A stretch of 64,000 nt of DNA from an uncultured virus (IMG/VR IMGVR_UViG_3300028591_000145) (lineage: Duplodnaviria > Heunggongvirae > Uroviricota > Caudoviricetes): IMG/VR virus record IMGVR_UViG_3300028591_000145. One strand, given 5' to 3'. The notes beneath the pieces are model-generated. The model was given only the letters and a program-made list of their open reading frames with translations. It did not search any database and was not told the DNA's origin. The stretch's first letter is position 1. The number at the start of each line of letters is the position of its first letter. The position numbers were made by a program, and so were the translations under genes. Below are positions 1 to 11,460 of this stretch, piece by piece.

Positions 1-175
1 TGTTACCGTACCACCAAAGCATTCCTATGAGCAAAATAGCAATAATCGGTGTTGCATATAGAGTTCCATGCCAAAAACTATCCATACCATCACTAATAAC
101 TGAATTGATAATGCAAGCTAAAAACGTTATTACTGAACTTGCTATAATAAATATTATCCATCCTTCAACAGTCAT
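1..175 (-). CDS. Membrane protein, truncated by the window edge
   Basis: Read by hand: ATG at 175, MTVEGWIIFIIASSVITFLACII... with two hydrophobic stretches, open to base 1; not in the ORF track. Confidence 0.55.
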   Translation of the reverse strand, partial: MTVEGWIIFIIASSVITFLACIINSVISDGMDSFWHGTLYATPIIAILLIGMLWWYGN

Positions 176-329
176 GTTAATTTCTTTTCCTCATAGCATT
201 CACATATACCATTTTCAGAAAGTTTTCCTATCTTATGGATAACAAATCACTCTATTCCGTTCATAAAGACTATACAAGCAAATCCGTTATGTTCGTGTTT
301 TACCTCATCTGGTGTATATGCCCATGTTG

Positions 330-647
330 CTATTCTGGAATACCTTTTGCAGTTCCTACAAGTCTTGTAATTCTTTTCCATTCTTCTTTATTGCTCTCTA
401 TACTAAAAAACTCTTTAATTCTTTGTAATCTCTCTTCTCCTCTATATCCATATAAATAGCACGCTAATTCCATTACTATATTAGGCTTTGTGTCTTTTTG
501 GTCATTATATACATCTTCAGCATATGATTTATGCCAAGTATTTGGGTGAGCCATAGGTATTATGTTGCTATACGTTCCAATTGCTTCTTCACTATCTATT
601 TCTTCTTCCACATTTATATAGTAATTTATAATTGATTCTCTATCCAT
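330..647 (-). CDS. Hypothetical phage protein
   Basis: 105-aa ORF co-oriented with the early operon, RBS-like GAAAG upstream. Confidence 0.6.
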   Translation of the reverse strand: MDRESIINYYINVEEEIDSEEAIGTYSNIIPMAHPNTWHKSYAEDVYNDQKDTKPNIVMELACYLYGYRGEERLQRIKEFFSIESNKEEWKRITRLVGTAKGIPE

Positions 648-733
648 TCACTTTCAATCACAATAGGTATTCGCGTTGTTGTGCTGCAAGGTCTTTATAG
701 GGCAGCTATTAACTGCCCCATATATTTTATATT

Positions 734-1303
734 TTAATCTTTCTTAATCGGTTCCGTACAAAAATGAATTTCATTCAACCAAGCGCTAAATACATCCGTT
801 GCAATATCTTCATACAGACATGTTTCAAGCCCCCAAATACTACAAAGGTTATCCGCGAAATACTGGCATACATCCGGTTTGAAAGCTACATAATTCACAT
901 CACTTCCATGCGGAGTTTTAACTGTATCTACCATGCTAACAGCCTTATTGTCTTTAAACGCCTTTTTAAACAAATCTATTGCTTTTGTCTTTTCACCGTT
1001 TGCCGGGATAACTTCAATCCTCATAGTTACATTTCCAAAATCTACAATATGCGGAAGAATTTTTTCGAGTGCGTCAGCTTTTTCTGCATCATCTACATAA
1101 AGAGATGCCACAATGTCATCATTATCGAATTCCATTTTAATCTGCTCATCGCCTGAGAACAGTGCTTCGAGTTCATGATAGAAAATCATCCACGGGCTGC
1201 TTAAATTCAGTTCCTTGTTATCCATTTTATTCATCCTTTCAAAAATAAGTTCTGGTGTAATAATAGTTTTGTAAAGCTGAATTACACAAACCAACTGCTT
1301 CAA
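734..1303 (-). CDS. Hypothetical phage protein (true start probably ~1225-1234)
   Basis: Acidic ORF in the operon; GAAAGGA RBS precedes the internal Met of MNKMDNKE. Confidence 0.65.
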   Translation of the reverse strand: MKQLVCVIQLYKTIITPELIFERMNKMDNKELNLSSPWMIFYHELEALFSGDEQIKMEFDNDDIVASLYVDDAEKADALEKILPHIVDFGNVTMRIEVIPANGEKTKAIDLFKKAFKDNKAVSMVDTVKTPHGSDVNYVAFKPDVCQYFADNLCSIWGLETCLYEDIATDVFSAWLNEIHFCTEPIKKD

Positions 1304-1616
1304 TAGACGAAAGTTTATTTAATACCTTTTCTTTAAAGAGTTCATCTTTTAATCGAACTACTTCTAAATCTCTTGCTACCTTTTCCTGTATTTCTTCTGA
1401 CGGTTTTGATTCTTCAAAGAAATATTTACTATATGCAGCACATTCGTCCTTTAATTTTTTATTTTCTGCCAATAACTCATTGTATTTCTTTATGTAAGCC
1501 GTTTCTCTATCATATTCTATATTTAATTTGTCACGATATTTATTCCTCTCTTCTCTAATCGCTATATTTTCATCTTGTAACATTTTATATTCTTTTCGCG
1601 TGCAGAATATTTTCAT
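1239..1616 (-). CDS. Hypothetical coiled-coil protein
   Basis: 125-aa K/E-rich ORF, GAGGA RBS upstream. Confidence 0.6.
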   Translation of the reverse strand: MKIFCTRKEYKMLQDENIAIREERNKYRDKLNIEYDRETAYIKKYNELLAENKKLKDECAAYSKYFFEESKPSEEIQEKVARDLEVVRLKDELFKEKVLNKLSSIEAVGLCNSALQNYYYTRTYF

Positions 1617-1623
1617 AATGTCC

Positions 1624-1854
1624 TCACTCGTTCAATAACTGCTTGTATTTATCGAAATATCAGAGAGCCTTCTGAATATCTTGCTCTTCATTACCTTTGT
1701 CTCTTCTACGCCACAAATATTTCCAAAAGTTGAAGATTGCAAAGTTAATTACTGCGTCTTTACCAAACACTTGCGTCATCGCATCTATACATTCAACTTT
1801 ACTGTTAGCGTAATGTTTTGGACTGTTTACCGCGTCAAATGTATCTTTTTCCAT
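1624..1854 (-). CDS. DUF3310 (SaV-like) family protein with an in-frame TGA near the C-terminus
   Basis: DAVNSPKHY...ECID...N.WKYLWR..KG..EQDIQKAL*YFDKY; the family normally reads KA.WY, so the TGA at 1660-1662 stands at the Trp position. Confidence 0.75.
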
Positions 1855-1879
1855 ATTTTCCTCCTAACAAGAAAATCAA

Positions 1880-3300
<1,421 letters not shown>

Positions 3301-3313
3301 TCAAAACTACTCC

Positions 3314-3544
3314 TTACTTGTATCCCACCCATTTACATTTCTTGCAAAAATATTTGCTCTTTGGTGGATTTGATGCACAGATCACGGTATTATCCTGATA
3401 AATCAATTCACCACATTCTGGGCATTTTACATTTACTTTAGTTTCATCTTCTATTGGAAGTATAAAACATTCTCTTTTATATTCTTCCCAAGACATTCCA
3501 TTCATTTCCATACAAATACAATATCCGTTCCGTTTGAACTGCAA
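3314..3544 (-). CDS. Small zinc-ribbon protein
   Basis: CPEC...CKKC motif pair. Confidence 0.6.
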   Translation of the reverse strand: MQFKRNGYCICMEMNGMSWEEYKRECFILPIEDETKVNVKCPECGELIYQDNTVICASNPPKSKYFCKKCKWVGYK

Positions 3545-3762
3545 ATCTCACATTTTGAAAATTCCTGTGTCATAATTCCATATTTAGTTTCTATATACAT
3601 CTCTGCATCTGGATGACTGTCCTTATAGTCTCTCAATAATTCAATTAACTCACTTGTATCAGTTTTGGATTCATCATCCGGTCTGGCTATTGTTGCTTTA
3701 ATTCCTTCTCTCAGGGCATTTAGCATCTGTTCTTCAGTCACCTTATATTCATTTGAATCCAT
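3502..3762 (-). CDS. Hypothetical protein
   Basis: 86-aa ORF in the operon. Confidence 0.55.
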   Translation of the reverse strand: MDSNEYKVTEEQMLNALREGIKATIARPDDESKTDTSELIELLRDYKDSHPDAEMYIETKYGIMTQEFSKCEICSSNGTDIVFVWK

Positions 3763-3922
3763 ATTTATCCCTCAGTTCTTCATTCTCAGCAGTTGCTCTA
3801 TTTATGATCTTCCTGAATATCGACTTTGTTTCTTCGTCATAGTCCAGTTGCATAAGTCTGGTAAAGTCTTCAATTTCATTTTTGTTTTGAACATATGTTT
3901 CCGATAATGTTCTATTATTCAT
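3749..3922 (-). CDS. Small hypothetical protein (57 aa)
   Basis: Read by hand: MNNRTLSETYVQNK...KYGFK*; fills the gap and overlaps the next start. Confidence 0.5.
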   Translation of the reverse strand: MNNRTLSETYVQNKNEIEDFTRLMQLDYDEETKSIFRKIINRATAENEELRDKYGFK

Positions 3923-3989
3923 TTTTCATATCCAAAAAATCAAATAATGTAGGAGAATCAACTTCATTGTATTTATACATATTGCGTTT

Positions 3990-4661
3990 TTATGCCGGAT
4001 GTTTCTTAGTCACATGTCGAGAATGTTGTGGTTCTGTTGCAGCTCTTTCTATACTCCATCCTCTCTGTATTCTTCTATAGAATGTACACTTATCAATTCC
4101 AGTTAAATTACACCAATGTTTTACATTATGTGTTTCTCCGTTAATTGTTATTAAATTCCCTTCCACATCCTTTCCTTTTGTGTGTTTCGGTTCTGTAAAC
4201 GCTTTTTCTACATCCCAACCTTCTCTTAATCTTGAACGTAGCGTGTTATAATTTAATCCATTAGGCTTAATTCTTCCCCACTCTGATAAAGAATGCGTTT
4301 TGCCATTAAATGTAATTTTTACATTTCTGCTAAAATTATTCAACTGAGTATAATAATCTACCCATCTACAATTATCAGGCTCATAATTACCATCATTATT
4401 TATTCGGTCAATAGTTAATTCTTCTGAATATCCATTTTTCATTGACCAATTATAAAAATTGATAAATCCTTCTTTGCCATTCCATTCTTCGCATATTGAT
4501 ATTCCACGTCCACCATATCTTTCATATCCACACGAATTTTTATTATTACATCTTTGTTTCATAGATGCCCAAATTCTATAAATTCTTGTATTATACATGC
4601 CGTGTTTGACGTTGGCTTCCATCGTTTTCTTACGCCAATATTCATCATGTTTTAAACTCAT
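3990..4661 (-). CDS. HNH-type homing-endonuclease-like protein with repeated C-terminal DNA-binding modules
   Basis: RIW.SMKQRC, YGGRGI.IC.EW, LTIDRINNDGNYEPDNCRW; two repeats of the ITFNG.TH..W...R...GW..E.A type. Confidence 0.8.
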   Translation of the reverse strand: MSLKHDEYWRKKTMEANVKHGMYNTRIYRIWASMKQRCNNKNSCGYERYGGRGISICEEWNGKEGFINFYNWSMKNGYSEELTIDRINNDGNYEPDNCRWVDYYTQLNNFSRNVKITFNGKTHSLSEWGRIKPNGLNYNTLRSRLREGWDVEKAFTEPKHTKGKDVEGNLITINGETHNVKHWCNLTGIDKCTFYRRIQRGWSIERAATEPQHSRHVTKKHPA

Positions 4662-4676
4662 ATGTAAAACACCTTT

Positions 4677-5594
4677 TCATAAATAATCAAATATTGTCAT
4701 CTGGTTGCGTTCATCATCTAATGTTTGCAAATTTTTTACGGCTTGTTCGTAGTATTCTTTCTTCAATTCAAATCCATATGCCTTGCGACCCATTTTTACT
4801 GCCTGATAAACTTCACTGCCAATGCCCATAAATGGTGTCAATATAACACTGTCTTTATCGCTGTATAAATCAATCACCCGTTCAATTAAACATAATTGCA
4901 GAGGCGCGATATGCCGTTCTGATTCTTCGTCTGAAAACATCTTATTAAGCGTATCTGACTGGTTTATATCCATCCATGTAGGATCAGGATAAATGTCTGA
5001 ACACCATGTAGGTTCTGCTACTATTTGCCATTTTGACACTGGATAAGTTTCATTTGTGTGAGTTATCGGAACTGGATTTTCTCCCGGTTTCCGCATAAAT
5101 ACAACATAATCAGGTAATCCCATTCTGCTCATTGCTGAATCCTTCTTTACCTGTTTATGCAACAACCCAAGAGCCTTTGTTCTTTGCATTTCTGTTACAG
5201 GACTTTTATATACAGTAACTTCACTGTGATAAATGAATCCACATTTCTGAAACAACCTGATTAAATCGCCGCGAAAATCTTTAAGTCCAATATATCCATC
5301 ACGTTCTTTCATAGCAGGTATCTGCATACAATGAACTGCCATAATTCGTCCGGGCATAAGTACCCGATAAAGGTCTTTCACTATAAATTCAAAATGTGTG
5401 AAAAATTCTTCATCCGTTCTTGAATTTCCTAAATCTCTATCGCTGTTACTATATGTGTATAATGCAGAAAAAGGTGGAGAATACACTATAAGTCCAATGC
5501 TATTATCTTTTACAAGTTTTAATCCTTCTGTTACATCGCAATTATAAATTGCATAATCTTCCGTGATTTTGCTATCATTTACTTTCACGCCCAT
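4677..5594 (-). CDS. DNA methyltransferase, N4-C/N6-A type
   Basis: Catalytic SPPF motif N-terminal and SAM-binding PFMGIGSE C-terminal (beta-class order). Confidence 0.9.
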   Translation of the reverse strand: MGVKVNDSKITEDYAIYNCDVTEGLKLVKDNSIGLIVYSPPFSALYTYSNSDRDLGNSRTDEEFFTHFEFIVKDLYRVLMPGRIMAVHCMQIPAMKERDGYIGLKDFRGDLIRLFQKCGFIYHSEVTVYKSPVTEMQRTKALGLLHKQVKKDSAMSRMGLPDYVVFMRKPGENPVPITHTNETYPVSKWQIVAEPTWCSDIYPDPTWMDINQSDTLNKMFSDEESERHIAPLQLCLIERVIDLYSDKDSVILTPFMGIGSEVYQAVKMGRKAYGFELKKEYYEQAVKNLQTLDDERNQMTIFDYL

Positions 5595-6961
5595 TTCGGT
5601 AACTCCATTTCTATTTGAGGATTATATGTAGTTGTTATCCGTGTCGTATGTCTGATTTCTGATAACGTCACCTCTTTCATTAACGCAGTCATCTGTCGTT
5701 GCATCTCTTCAAGTTGTGCTTCTTTCTTTTTAATATTGTTCAGAATGTTAATTTCTCGTTCAGACATTATGATATAAACATCTACATTTCTTTCCTGCCC
5801 AAAACGCCAACATCTCCTGACTGACTGATAAAATCTTTCCATTGAATCACTCAATCCGCAGAAAATCATTTTATGGCATGACTGCCAATTACTTCCAAAT
5901 CCGAAGATAGATGGTTTGCTTACCAGATAACGTATATCCTTGTTAGCAAAATCAATACTTGCTTTCGCTTTGAAATCAGGATCATCAGAGCCTTTTACTT
6001 CTACACAACCTTTAATCTTTTTTCGTAGCATTGAAGATTCATCGTTATAATCAACCCAACATAACCATTGTTCATTAGGTTCTTTGTTTATCAGTTCCAG
6101 AACCTTATCCGTTCTGTCTTCCATTGACTCTTTTCTAGCTGTCCTACGTTCTTCTAGTGTTTCCGCTGCAATTACGACAAGTTCATCCTCTTTGACTTCA
6201 GACTTAGTAATAATTGTATGAATGTTTAATGACGGTAAATCAAATCCATCTATCTGGTAGTCAAGTTCGTTAGGATTTTCAAAGTACACAGCCCAAGTTG
6301 CCAACCACTCCCAAAATGCTTTTTTAGCTGCCTTTTTAAGTCTCCATTCTGAAGTTCGCCCACCATCATGAACAAAATATGTAGCTAACATTTCAGTGCG
6401 GCTCATAATACCTAAGAATTCAGCAGAATTTCCGTATTCCAGATATGTATTCGGTGCTAGTGTAGCTGAAAGAAGTAATTTATATGGCGTTCTATTAAAC
6501 CACTGAATGAAATTTACAGTTGTTTTAGATGTAAAAGATTTCAATATACTTGCTTCATCAAGTACAACTGCTATAAAGTGTTCGTGATCGAAATGTTCAG
6601 CCATTTCATAATTTGTAATATTGATGCCCGGTTTTACATCTTCCTGCGTTCTACATATATTTACGGGCATAAGATTGAATTTTTCCGATTCTCTTTTTGT
6701 CTGTTCAACTACTGATAATGGAGAGATAATCAATACATCACCGCCTGTATGATTGTGTACAAATTCAGACCATGAAAGCGCGATCATCGTTTTTCCACAT
6801 CCACATCCGATAAGAACAGCAGATTTGCCCTTTTTACATGCCCATTGGATTATGTCTTTTTGAAACTCAAATGCCATAGGACAAATTTCATCACGGTCTA
6901 TATCAAAACCTGCTTCTATCGTTTTTAATTCTTTGCCTTTTAAGAATTCCTCATAAGTCAT
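5585..6961 (-). CDS. SF2/SNF2-like helicase coupled to the methyltransferase
   Basis: GCGKT Walker A, LDEAS, SAT, Q..RRCWRFGQ. Confidence 0.85.
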   Translation of the reverse strand: MTYEEFLKGKELKTIEAGFDIDRDEICPMAFEFQKDIIQWACKKGKSAVLIGCGCGKTMIALSWSEFVHNHTGGDVLIISPLSVVEQTKRESEKFNLMPVNICRTQEDVKPGINITNYEMAEHFDHEHFIAVVLDEASILKSFTSKTTVNFIQWFNRTPYKLLLSATLAPNTYLEYGNSAEFLGIMSRTEMLATYFVHDGGRTSEWRLKKAAKKAFWEWLATWAVYFENPNELDYQIDGFDLPSLNIHTIITKSEVKEDELVVIAAETLEERRTARKESMEDRTDKVLELINKEPNEQWLCWVDYNDESSMLRKKIKGCVEVKGSDDPDFKAKASIDFANKDIRYLVSKPSIFGFGSNWQSCHKMIFCGLSDSMERFYQSVRRCWRFGQERNVDVYIIMSEREINILNNIKKKEAQLEEMQRQMTALMKEVTLSEIRHTTRITTTYNPQIEMELPKWA

Positions 6962-7206
6962 TACATTCTCCTAGCTTTCTCCACTTCATCTGCCCATTCA
7001 GAAAACTTTTCAGCAAGTTCTTTTCCACCAATCAGATATACTATCAATCTGGTTTCACAGTATGGAACATGATGTTGACTGTTCCAATCAATATCTGTAT
7101 GTGCTGATGGTAAATCTATGTCATACATCTGGATTGTTTTTCTCGCACTTGTGATAACAATTCCTGCGCTATCAATTCTGAATTCGTTTACCATAATGCG
7201 TTCCAT
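6961..7206 (-). CDS. Hypothetical protein
   Basis: Overlaps both neighbours; C-terminus resembles that of 7188-7415 (Y.IGG....F.EW). Confidence 0.55.
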   Translation of the reverse strand: MERIMVNEFRIDSAGIVITSARKTIQMYDIDLPSAHTDIDWNSQHHVPYCETRLIVYLIGGKELAEKFSEWADEVEKARRM

Positions 7207-7415
7207 TCATTGAACATGTTATACGTATCAATTCCACCGATTACATATGTGAAAAGTTTTGCAGTTGCTACGTTTAGATAGTTTTCTTCCGGTTCCCAAA
7301 TTCCCATTTCCTCAATTTTTGGGTATTTTAAGGTATACAACGGGATATGTGGGCGCATTCTTGTAATCTTGACTATATCGCCGTTCCCGTCCTCAAATAC
7401 AAAGGTATCTGTCAT
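7188..7415 (-). CDS. Hypothetical protein
   Basis: AAGGAG RBS; distant paralogue of 6961-7206. Confidence 0.55.
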   Translation of the reverse strand: MTDTFVFEDGNGDIVKITRMRPHIPLYTLKYPKIEEMGIWEPEENYLNVATAKLFTYVIGGIDTYNMFNEWNALW

Positions 7416-7622
7416 TTGACGCTCCTTATTCAGTTGTAAGGTTAATAAAAAATGGGAAAAACATAGGTCAGAAATGTAAAGGACTACAGCTAGAACGCTG
7501 TCGGAAATGTAAAAGGCTACCTATGTTTGATATGTATTTAAGACTATTATATACTACTTTTTCAGAAAATGTTTCCCTATCTGTGTGAATTGTTTTTGCA
7601 GGATTTTGTGAAAATTGTTACT

Positions 7623-7814
7623 TTATAAATATATATTATCATTACCTTTCTTCCGTATCGTGATAAAGTTTCCCTCATATCCTTCGTTCTGCAAAAACTC
7701 TTTCACTTCTGGATGTTTTGCATTTAAGATTGTCAGTTCTCGGTATGGGCTTTGAAGATCAATGTCATATCCATTTCTGATTAACTTCTTTTGCGCTTCA
7801 CTTACCGTTATCAT
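7623..7814 (-). CDS. Hypothetical protein
   Basis: 63-aa ORF in the operon. Confidence 0.5.
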   Translation of the reverse strand: MITVSEAQKKLIRNGYDIDLQSPYRELTILNAKHPEVKEFLQNEGYEGNFITIRKKGNDNIYL

Positions 7815-8004
7815 TATTTTCTTCCTTCGTACTCTTTACTATCTTAGTTCCGAACTCAACCATATTCTTTCCGTACTCAAATGATGAATCGGCGTTTTTT
7901 CTATCCTGCTGAAGATTAGCGAGTAACTGGATCATAAAGCCCTGATTCTTAATAATGACACCTGCATAGTAGGCTATTGCCTTTGTCGTATTATCCATGT
8001 TCAC
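7798..8004 (-). CDS. Hypothetical protein
   Basis: 68-aa ORF, GAGGTG RBS. Confidence 0.5.
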   Translation of the reverse strand: MNMDNTTKAIAYYAGVIIKNQGFMIQLLANLQQDRKNADSSFEYGKNMVEFGTKIVKSTKEENNDNGK

Positions 8005-8007
8005 CTC

Positions 8008-8493
8008 TTACTTTCCTGAAGAACCAATTCCACCAACTCTAACACCAGTTGTATTATCATCATCCGTAATGCCGAATTTTACGAACAAGCCCTGTGCAAT
8101 CCTGTCACCTGCATGATATTTTACAGGCTTATTTGATGTGTTCCAGAGAGCCAACATAATGTCACCTTCATTTTTTTCGTTGTTGTAGAAATCCGCATCT
8201 ATAATACCAATCGTATTGCTAAATACGACACCATCTTTAATTCCTACACTTGACCGGACTGTGATTAGCAGAACTTCTCCACTTTCCATGTATGCCTTAA
8301 TTCCGGTCGGAACAACCAGTCTTTCATCCGGGTCAAGATGAATCGGATACGGCGTACTGAAATCATAACCTGCTGATCCTGCGCTGCCCCTGTATGGAAT
8401 CACGATATTCTCATAGGCTTCTTCACAAGATGTAAAACCATTCTTCCATGAATCCTTTGCGAAATTCTCATAGCTGACTTTTTCAAATCTCAT
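8008..8493 (-). CDS. dut: Trimeric dUTPase
   Basis: AGYDF, RSS, GIIDADF, GDRIAQ and GGIGSSG motifs; start set at MRFEKVS (8493). Confidence 0.92.
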   Translation of the reverse strand: MRFEKVSYENFAKDSWKNGFTSCEEAYENIVIPYRGSAGSAGYDFSTPYPIHLDPDERLVVPTGIKAYMESGEVLLITVRSSVGIKDGVVFSNTIGIIDADFYNNEKNEGDIMLALWNTSNKPVKYHAGDRIAQGLFVKFGITDDDNTTGVRVGGIGSSGK

Positions 8494-8968
8494 TCTGTAT
8501 TTTCCTTTCTCTGTAGTTCGCTGAATTGACTTTGTTTCTAGCTGCACATACCGCACATCTGACTTTTCCCGGAATAGGTTTCCTTTTGCCACACTGTACG
8601 CATAAACCCTGTTCTTTCCGTTCCTTGTATCTTCTACGATTCTGTTTTTTGTTGTTTTCTTTAACATCTACAGATGCAGTATATTTCTTCCACCTTTCAC
8701 TTGACGCTTCACTGCAATCAGGACACCTCTTTTCGCCGGGAAAAATAGTATTCTTGCGGCATTGTGGGCAAACTCCCATTTTGATATACATTGCTCTGTT
8801 AAGGCTTTGCGTTTCACGGCTTTTTCTTCTGCACTCAGAACACATTGTATATCCCGGTTCAGGATTAGCTTTTCCGCATACTACACATAACCCCTGTTCT
8901 TTACGCCTTTGATACCTTCTTCTTGCGCTTCTGGCACTGGATGTGTCAGATAATACTTTTTCACTCAT
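8483..8968 (-). CDS. Cys-rich zinc-binding repeat protein
   Basis: Repeated RKEQGLCV.CG....PG...C..C units. Confidence 0.7.
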   Translation of the reverse strand: MSEKVLSDTSSARSARRRYQRRKEQGLCVVCGKANPEPGYTMCSECRRKSRETQSLNRAMYIKMGVCPQCRKNTIFPGEKRCPDCSEASSERWKKYTASVDVKENNKKQNRRRYKERKEQGLCVQCGKRKPIPGKVRCAVCAARNKVNSANYRERKIQNEI

Positions 8969-9377
8969 TTGCGATTTTCTCCATTGTCAAATCAAACAAG
9001 TCACCTGTGAATTTATTGCCTTTATACTTTACATACAACTGCTTCTTCAAACCGTCACAGTAATCAAATCCCTTTTCTACTTCCTTCAGGATTTTTGTAC
9101 AGTCTATGAAAGCGTTGTAGTAAAGAACTAACTGTGTGTTTGTTTTGTTCCAGTCCTTTATATCGGACATTTCAGACAAGCACAACCGTGATATGTTTAT
9201 GACGGTTTTATCTTCACCGTACTTTTTTAAAATATCTTCCATGTCGTTAACTGCGTTTGCCCAGAACAAATCTTCCAAGTCATCCTTGTGCAGTTCAGTC
9301 TTGTAGTGCTTACTGAACCACTTCCAGAAATCACCTATAACTTTTGTGAATTCAGTCGAAGTCATCCCAACCGTCAC
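8961..9377 (-). CDS. Hypothetical protein
   Basis: 138-aa ORF overlapping both neighbours. Confidence 0.6.
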   Translation of the reverse strand: MTVGMTSTEFTKVIGDFWKWFSKHYKTELHKDDLEDLFWANAVNDMEDILKKYGEDKTVINISRLCLSEMSDIKDWNKTNTQLVLYYNAFIDCTKILKEVEKGFDYCDGLKKQLYVKYKGNKFTGDLFDLTMEKIANE

Positions 9378-11451
9378 CCTCTTCTGGTAAAGTTACCCAT
9401 TCGCTACCATCTAAATAATCAACCATTTCAGGTTCAGTCTGTGTTTCTTTTGGTATATCTATTTGCCACCCGTAAATTATGTTCTCTGCAAGGCTATTCT
9501 TCATCCGTCTGGATTCTTTTTCATACCATATCGGGATAAACCAGTCTTGTGTACCATTTTCGCGGTCTTTTGCTACTTCGATGACATTTGTTCCCGAATA
9601 AGCTATATGGTCATCTTTCCACTTAAACATTTCACGACTACGGATTTTGAAATCCTCATTATTGCGATGAATCAGGAAAGCATCATCAACTGCGTTCGCT
9701 AAGTCTCCTGAACCGCTAATATCTTCAAGTCTAAGGAATGTAACTGTCTTTCGCGGATGCGCTACGAACATGATATGTACATCTTCATCTTTAGCAATGC
9801 GTTTCAATTCAAGTGCAAATTTCTTTTGTGCTTCTAACTTCTGGTAATCTAAATCATCAATGTCTAAAGCCATAAGATTGTCAAGCACAACTAAATCTAA
9901 TTTGTCCTCTTTAATTTTCTTCTCGATTTCATTACATAGCAGTTTGAAATTATTGCCGTGATTGTTGTTATACAGAAACAGCTTCCCTTGCAGCCACTTG
10001 CTTATCAGTTCACGGTTTTTCATCGGTACATTGTACTGCCCTTCGTATCTACCCGGTTCAACGCCATTTTTCCCGGCAGCTTGTTGTATTAACCACCGCA
10101 TGAAATCCTGCTCATCTAACTCACCTGAGTAGCATCCAACTATGTTTCCATCCTGTATAACATTCAAAATCATACCGCTTAACCATGTGGATTTACCTGC
10201 TGAACGAAGTCCTGTAAGCACTGAGATGCCTTTTTTCTTCAGCCCATACATTTTCTGATCTATTCCTGTGTATCCTGTCTTTATATAGTGGACTTCCTTC
10301 CGTGGCATGTTATATACATCCATAGGCGTATACCATATCGGATTCTGTTCTGTCGGATGTAAAGGCTCCGGTTCGTGTTTCTTTGCTCTGTTGAAATGAC
10401 CGTACATCATCTTATCTTGACGTTGCCATTTCCGTTCATATGCATCTGGTTCAAAGAGAACTCGCACATCCTGCCATTTTTTATCTTGACACGAATCATG
10501 GAAACAATGAAAACCTATCGCGCCGCCATTCCCCTGAAATATCATTGCATCTTTTCCTGTATGTTCTTCATTGAATGGGCAATGGTCTAAAATGTATTTA
10601 GTTCCATCACTTGTACTATACGGTTTATACTGTATTGAGTGCTTATCCATCCAATTAACAAGATCGAATTTTTCTCCGTTATAGTTATTGTATCTTTGCG
10701 GAGTATCTGCTTTTGTTGGGATTATTTCATTTACCTTTTGGATATATTCAATCGGTATCGGAGATAATTCTTTAGGTATTGATAATATTCGGCTCATTCT
10801 ATGAGGATATTCTTCTGTATCACTTCCTTTTTGTGCTAAAGTTCCATATAATTTGCATACTCTTGACGCATTAAAATTAGCTGTATCAACTTTTATCCAA
10901 TCATCAGTGAATAAAATATTGAGAGTGTTTAAAAACCTTTTAACAGTGTCATTAACTTCATTGGTGTTTTTTAAACAAATCCTGTAAAGTAGATGATAGC
11001 CGTTCCCACTAAATCCAATAACAGGTTCACTAAACCCTTGCTGTTTCAGAAAAGAATAGACCTTCTGAGCCTTTTCTTTTGCCTTTGCAACTGATTCGTC
11101 AGATGATGATGTGTCTGTTGGTCTTATAGGGTCGAGATCAATTAACAGCCACCAACGGCCTATTATGTCTTTGTCACCTGTTGCAGAAGCACTCTGAACG
11201 AAATCATCTCTTGCTGTCTTTGCATAACATGCTTTGTTTATTTCATTCATTACTATATAAACATTCTTACCACGTAAGTTCTGCTTATATAGCTTTTCTA
11301 ACATTACATTTACATCAGTGAAATAACCTACTGTCGGTTCTTTTTTACTTTTACTTGCAATTCGGACTTCAAAAAGTCCGGAAATAGAATCTTTTTTGAA
11401 AATGGAAACGGCTTTCCGCACCTCATTTTCATCTATGTATTGTTTTGACAT
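9352..11451 (-). CDS. Primase-helicase (AEP/PrimPol-like N-terminus, Zn domain, SF4 DnaB/gp4-like helicase)
   Basis: IDLD and SGNGYHLL primase motifs; CPF..H and C.H..C; G..SAGKST, LDNLM, VAHPRK, ISGSGDL. Confidence 0.85.
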   Translation of the reverse strand: MSKQYIDENEVRKAVSIFKKDSISGLFEVRIASKSKKEPTVGYFTDVNVMLEKLYKQNLRGKNVYIVMNEINKACYAKTARDDFVQSASATGDKDIIGRWWLLIDLDPIRPTDTSSSDESVAKAKEKAQKVYSFLKQQGFSEPVIGFSGNGYHLLYRICLKNTNEVNDTVKRFLNTLNILFTDDWIKVDTANFNASRVCKLYGTLAQKGSDTEEYPHRMSRILSIPKELSPIPIEYIQKVNEIIPTKADTPQRYNNYNGEKFDLVNWMDKHSIQYKPYSTSDGTKYILDHCPFNEEHTGKDAMIFQGNGGAIGFHCFHDSCQDKKWQDVRVLFEPDAYERKWQRQDKMMYGHFNRAKKHEPEPLHPTEQNPIWYTPMDVYNMPRKEVHYIKTGYTGIDQKMYGLKKKGISVLTGLRSAGKSTWLSGMILNVIQDGNIVGCYSGELDEQDFMRWLIQQAAGKNGVEPGRYEGQYNVPMKNRELISKWLQGKLFLYNNNHGNNFKLLCNEIEKKIKEDKLDLVVLDNLMALDIDDLDYQKLEAQKKFALELKRIAKDEDVHIMFVAHPRKTVTFLRLEDISGSGDLANAVDDAFLIHRNNEDFKIRSREMFKWKDDHIAYSGTNVIEVAKDRENGTQDWFIPIWYEKESRRMKNSLAENIIYGWQIDIPKETQTEPEMVDYLDGSEWVTLPEEGDGWDDFD

Positions 11452-11460
11452 ATCGCATCC

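Noticed and set aside
8494..8667. N-terminal extension of the dUTPase in the ORF track
   Set aside because: It overlaps the Cys-rich gene in another frame; dUTPase similarity begins at MRFEKVS after a GAAAGGA RBS
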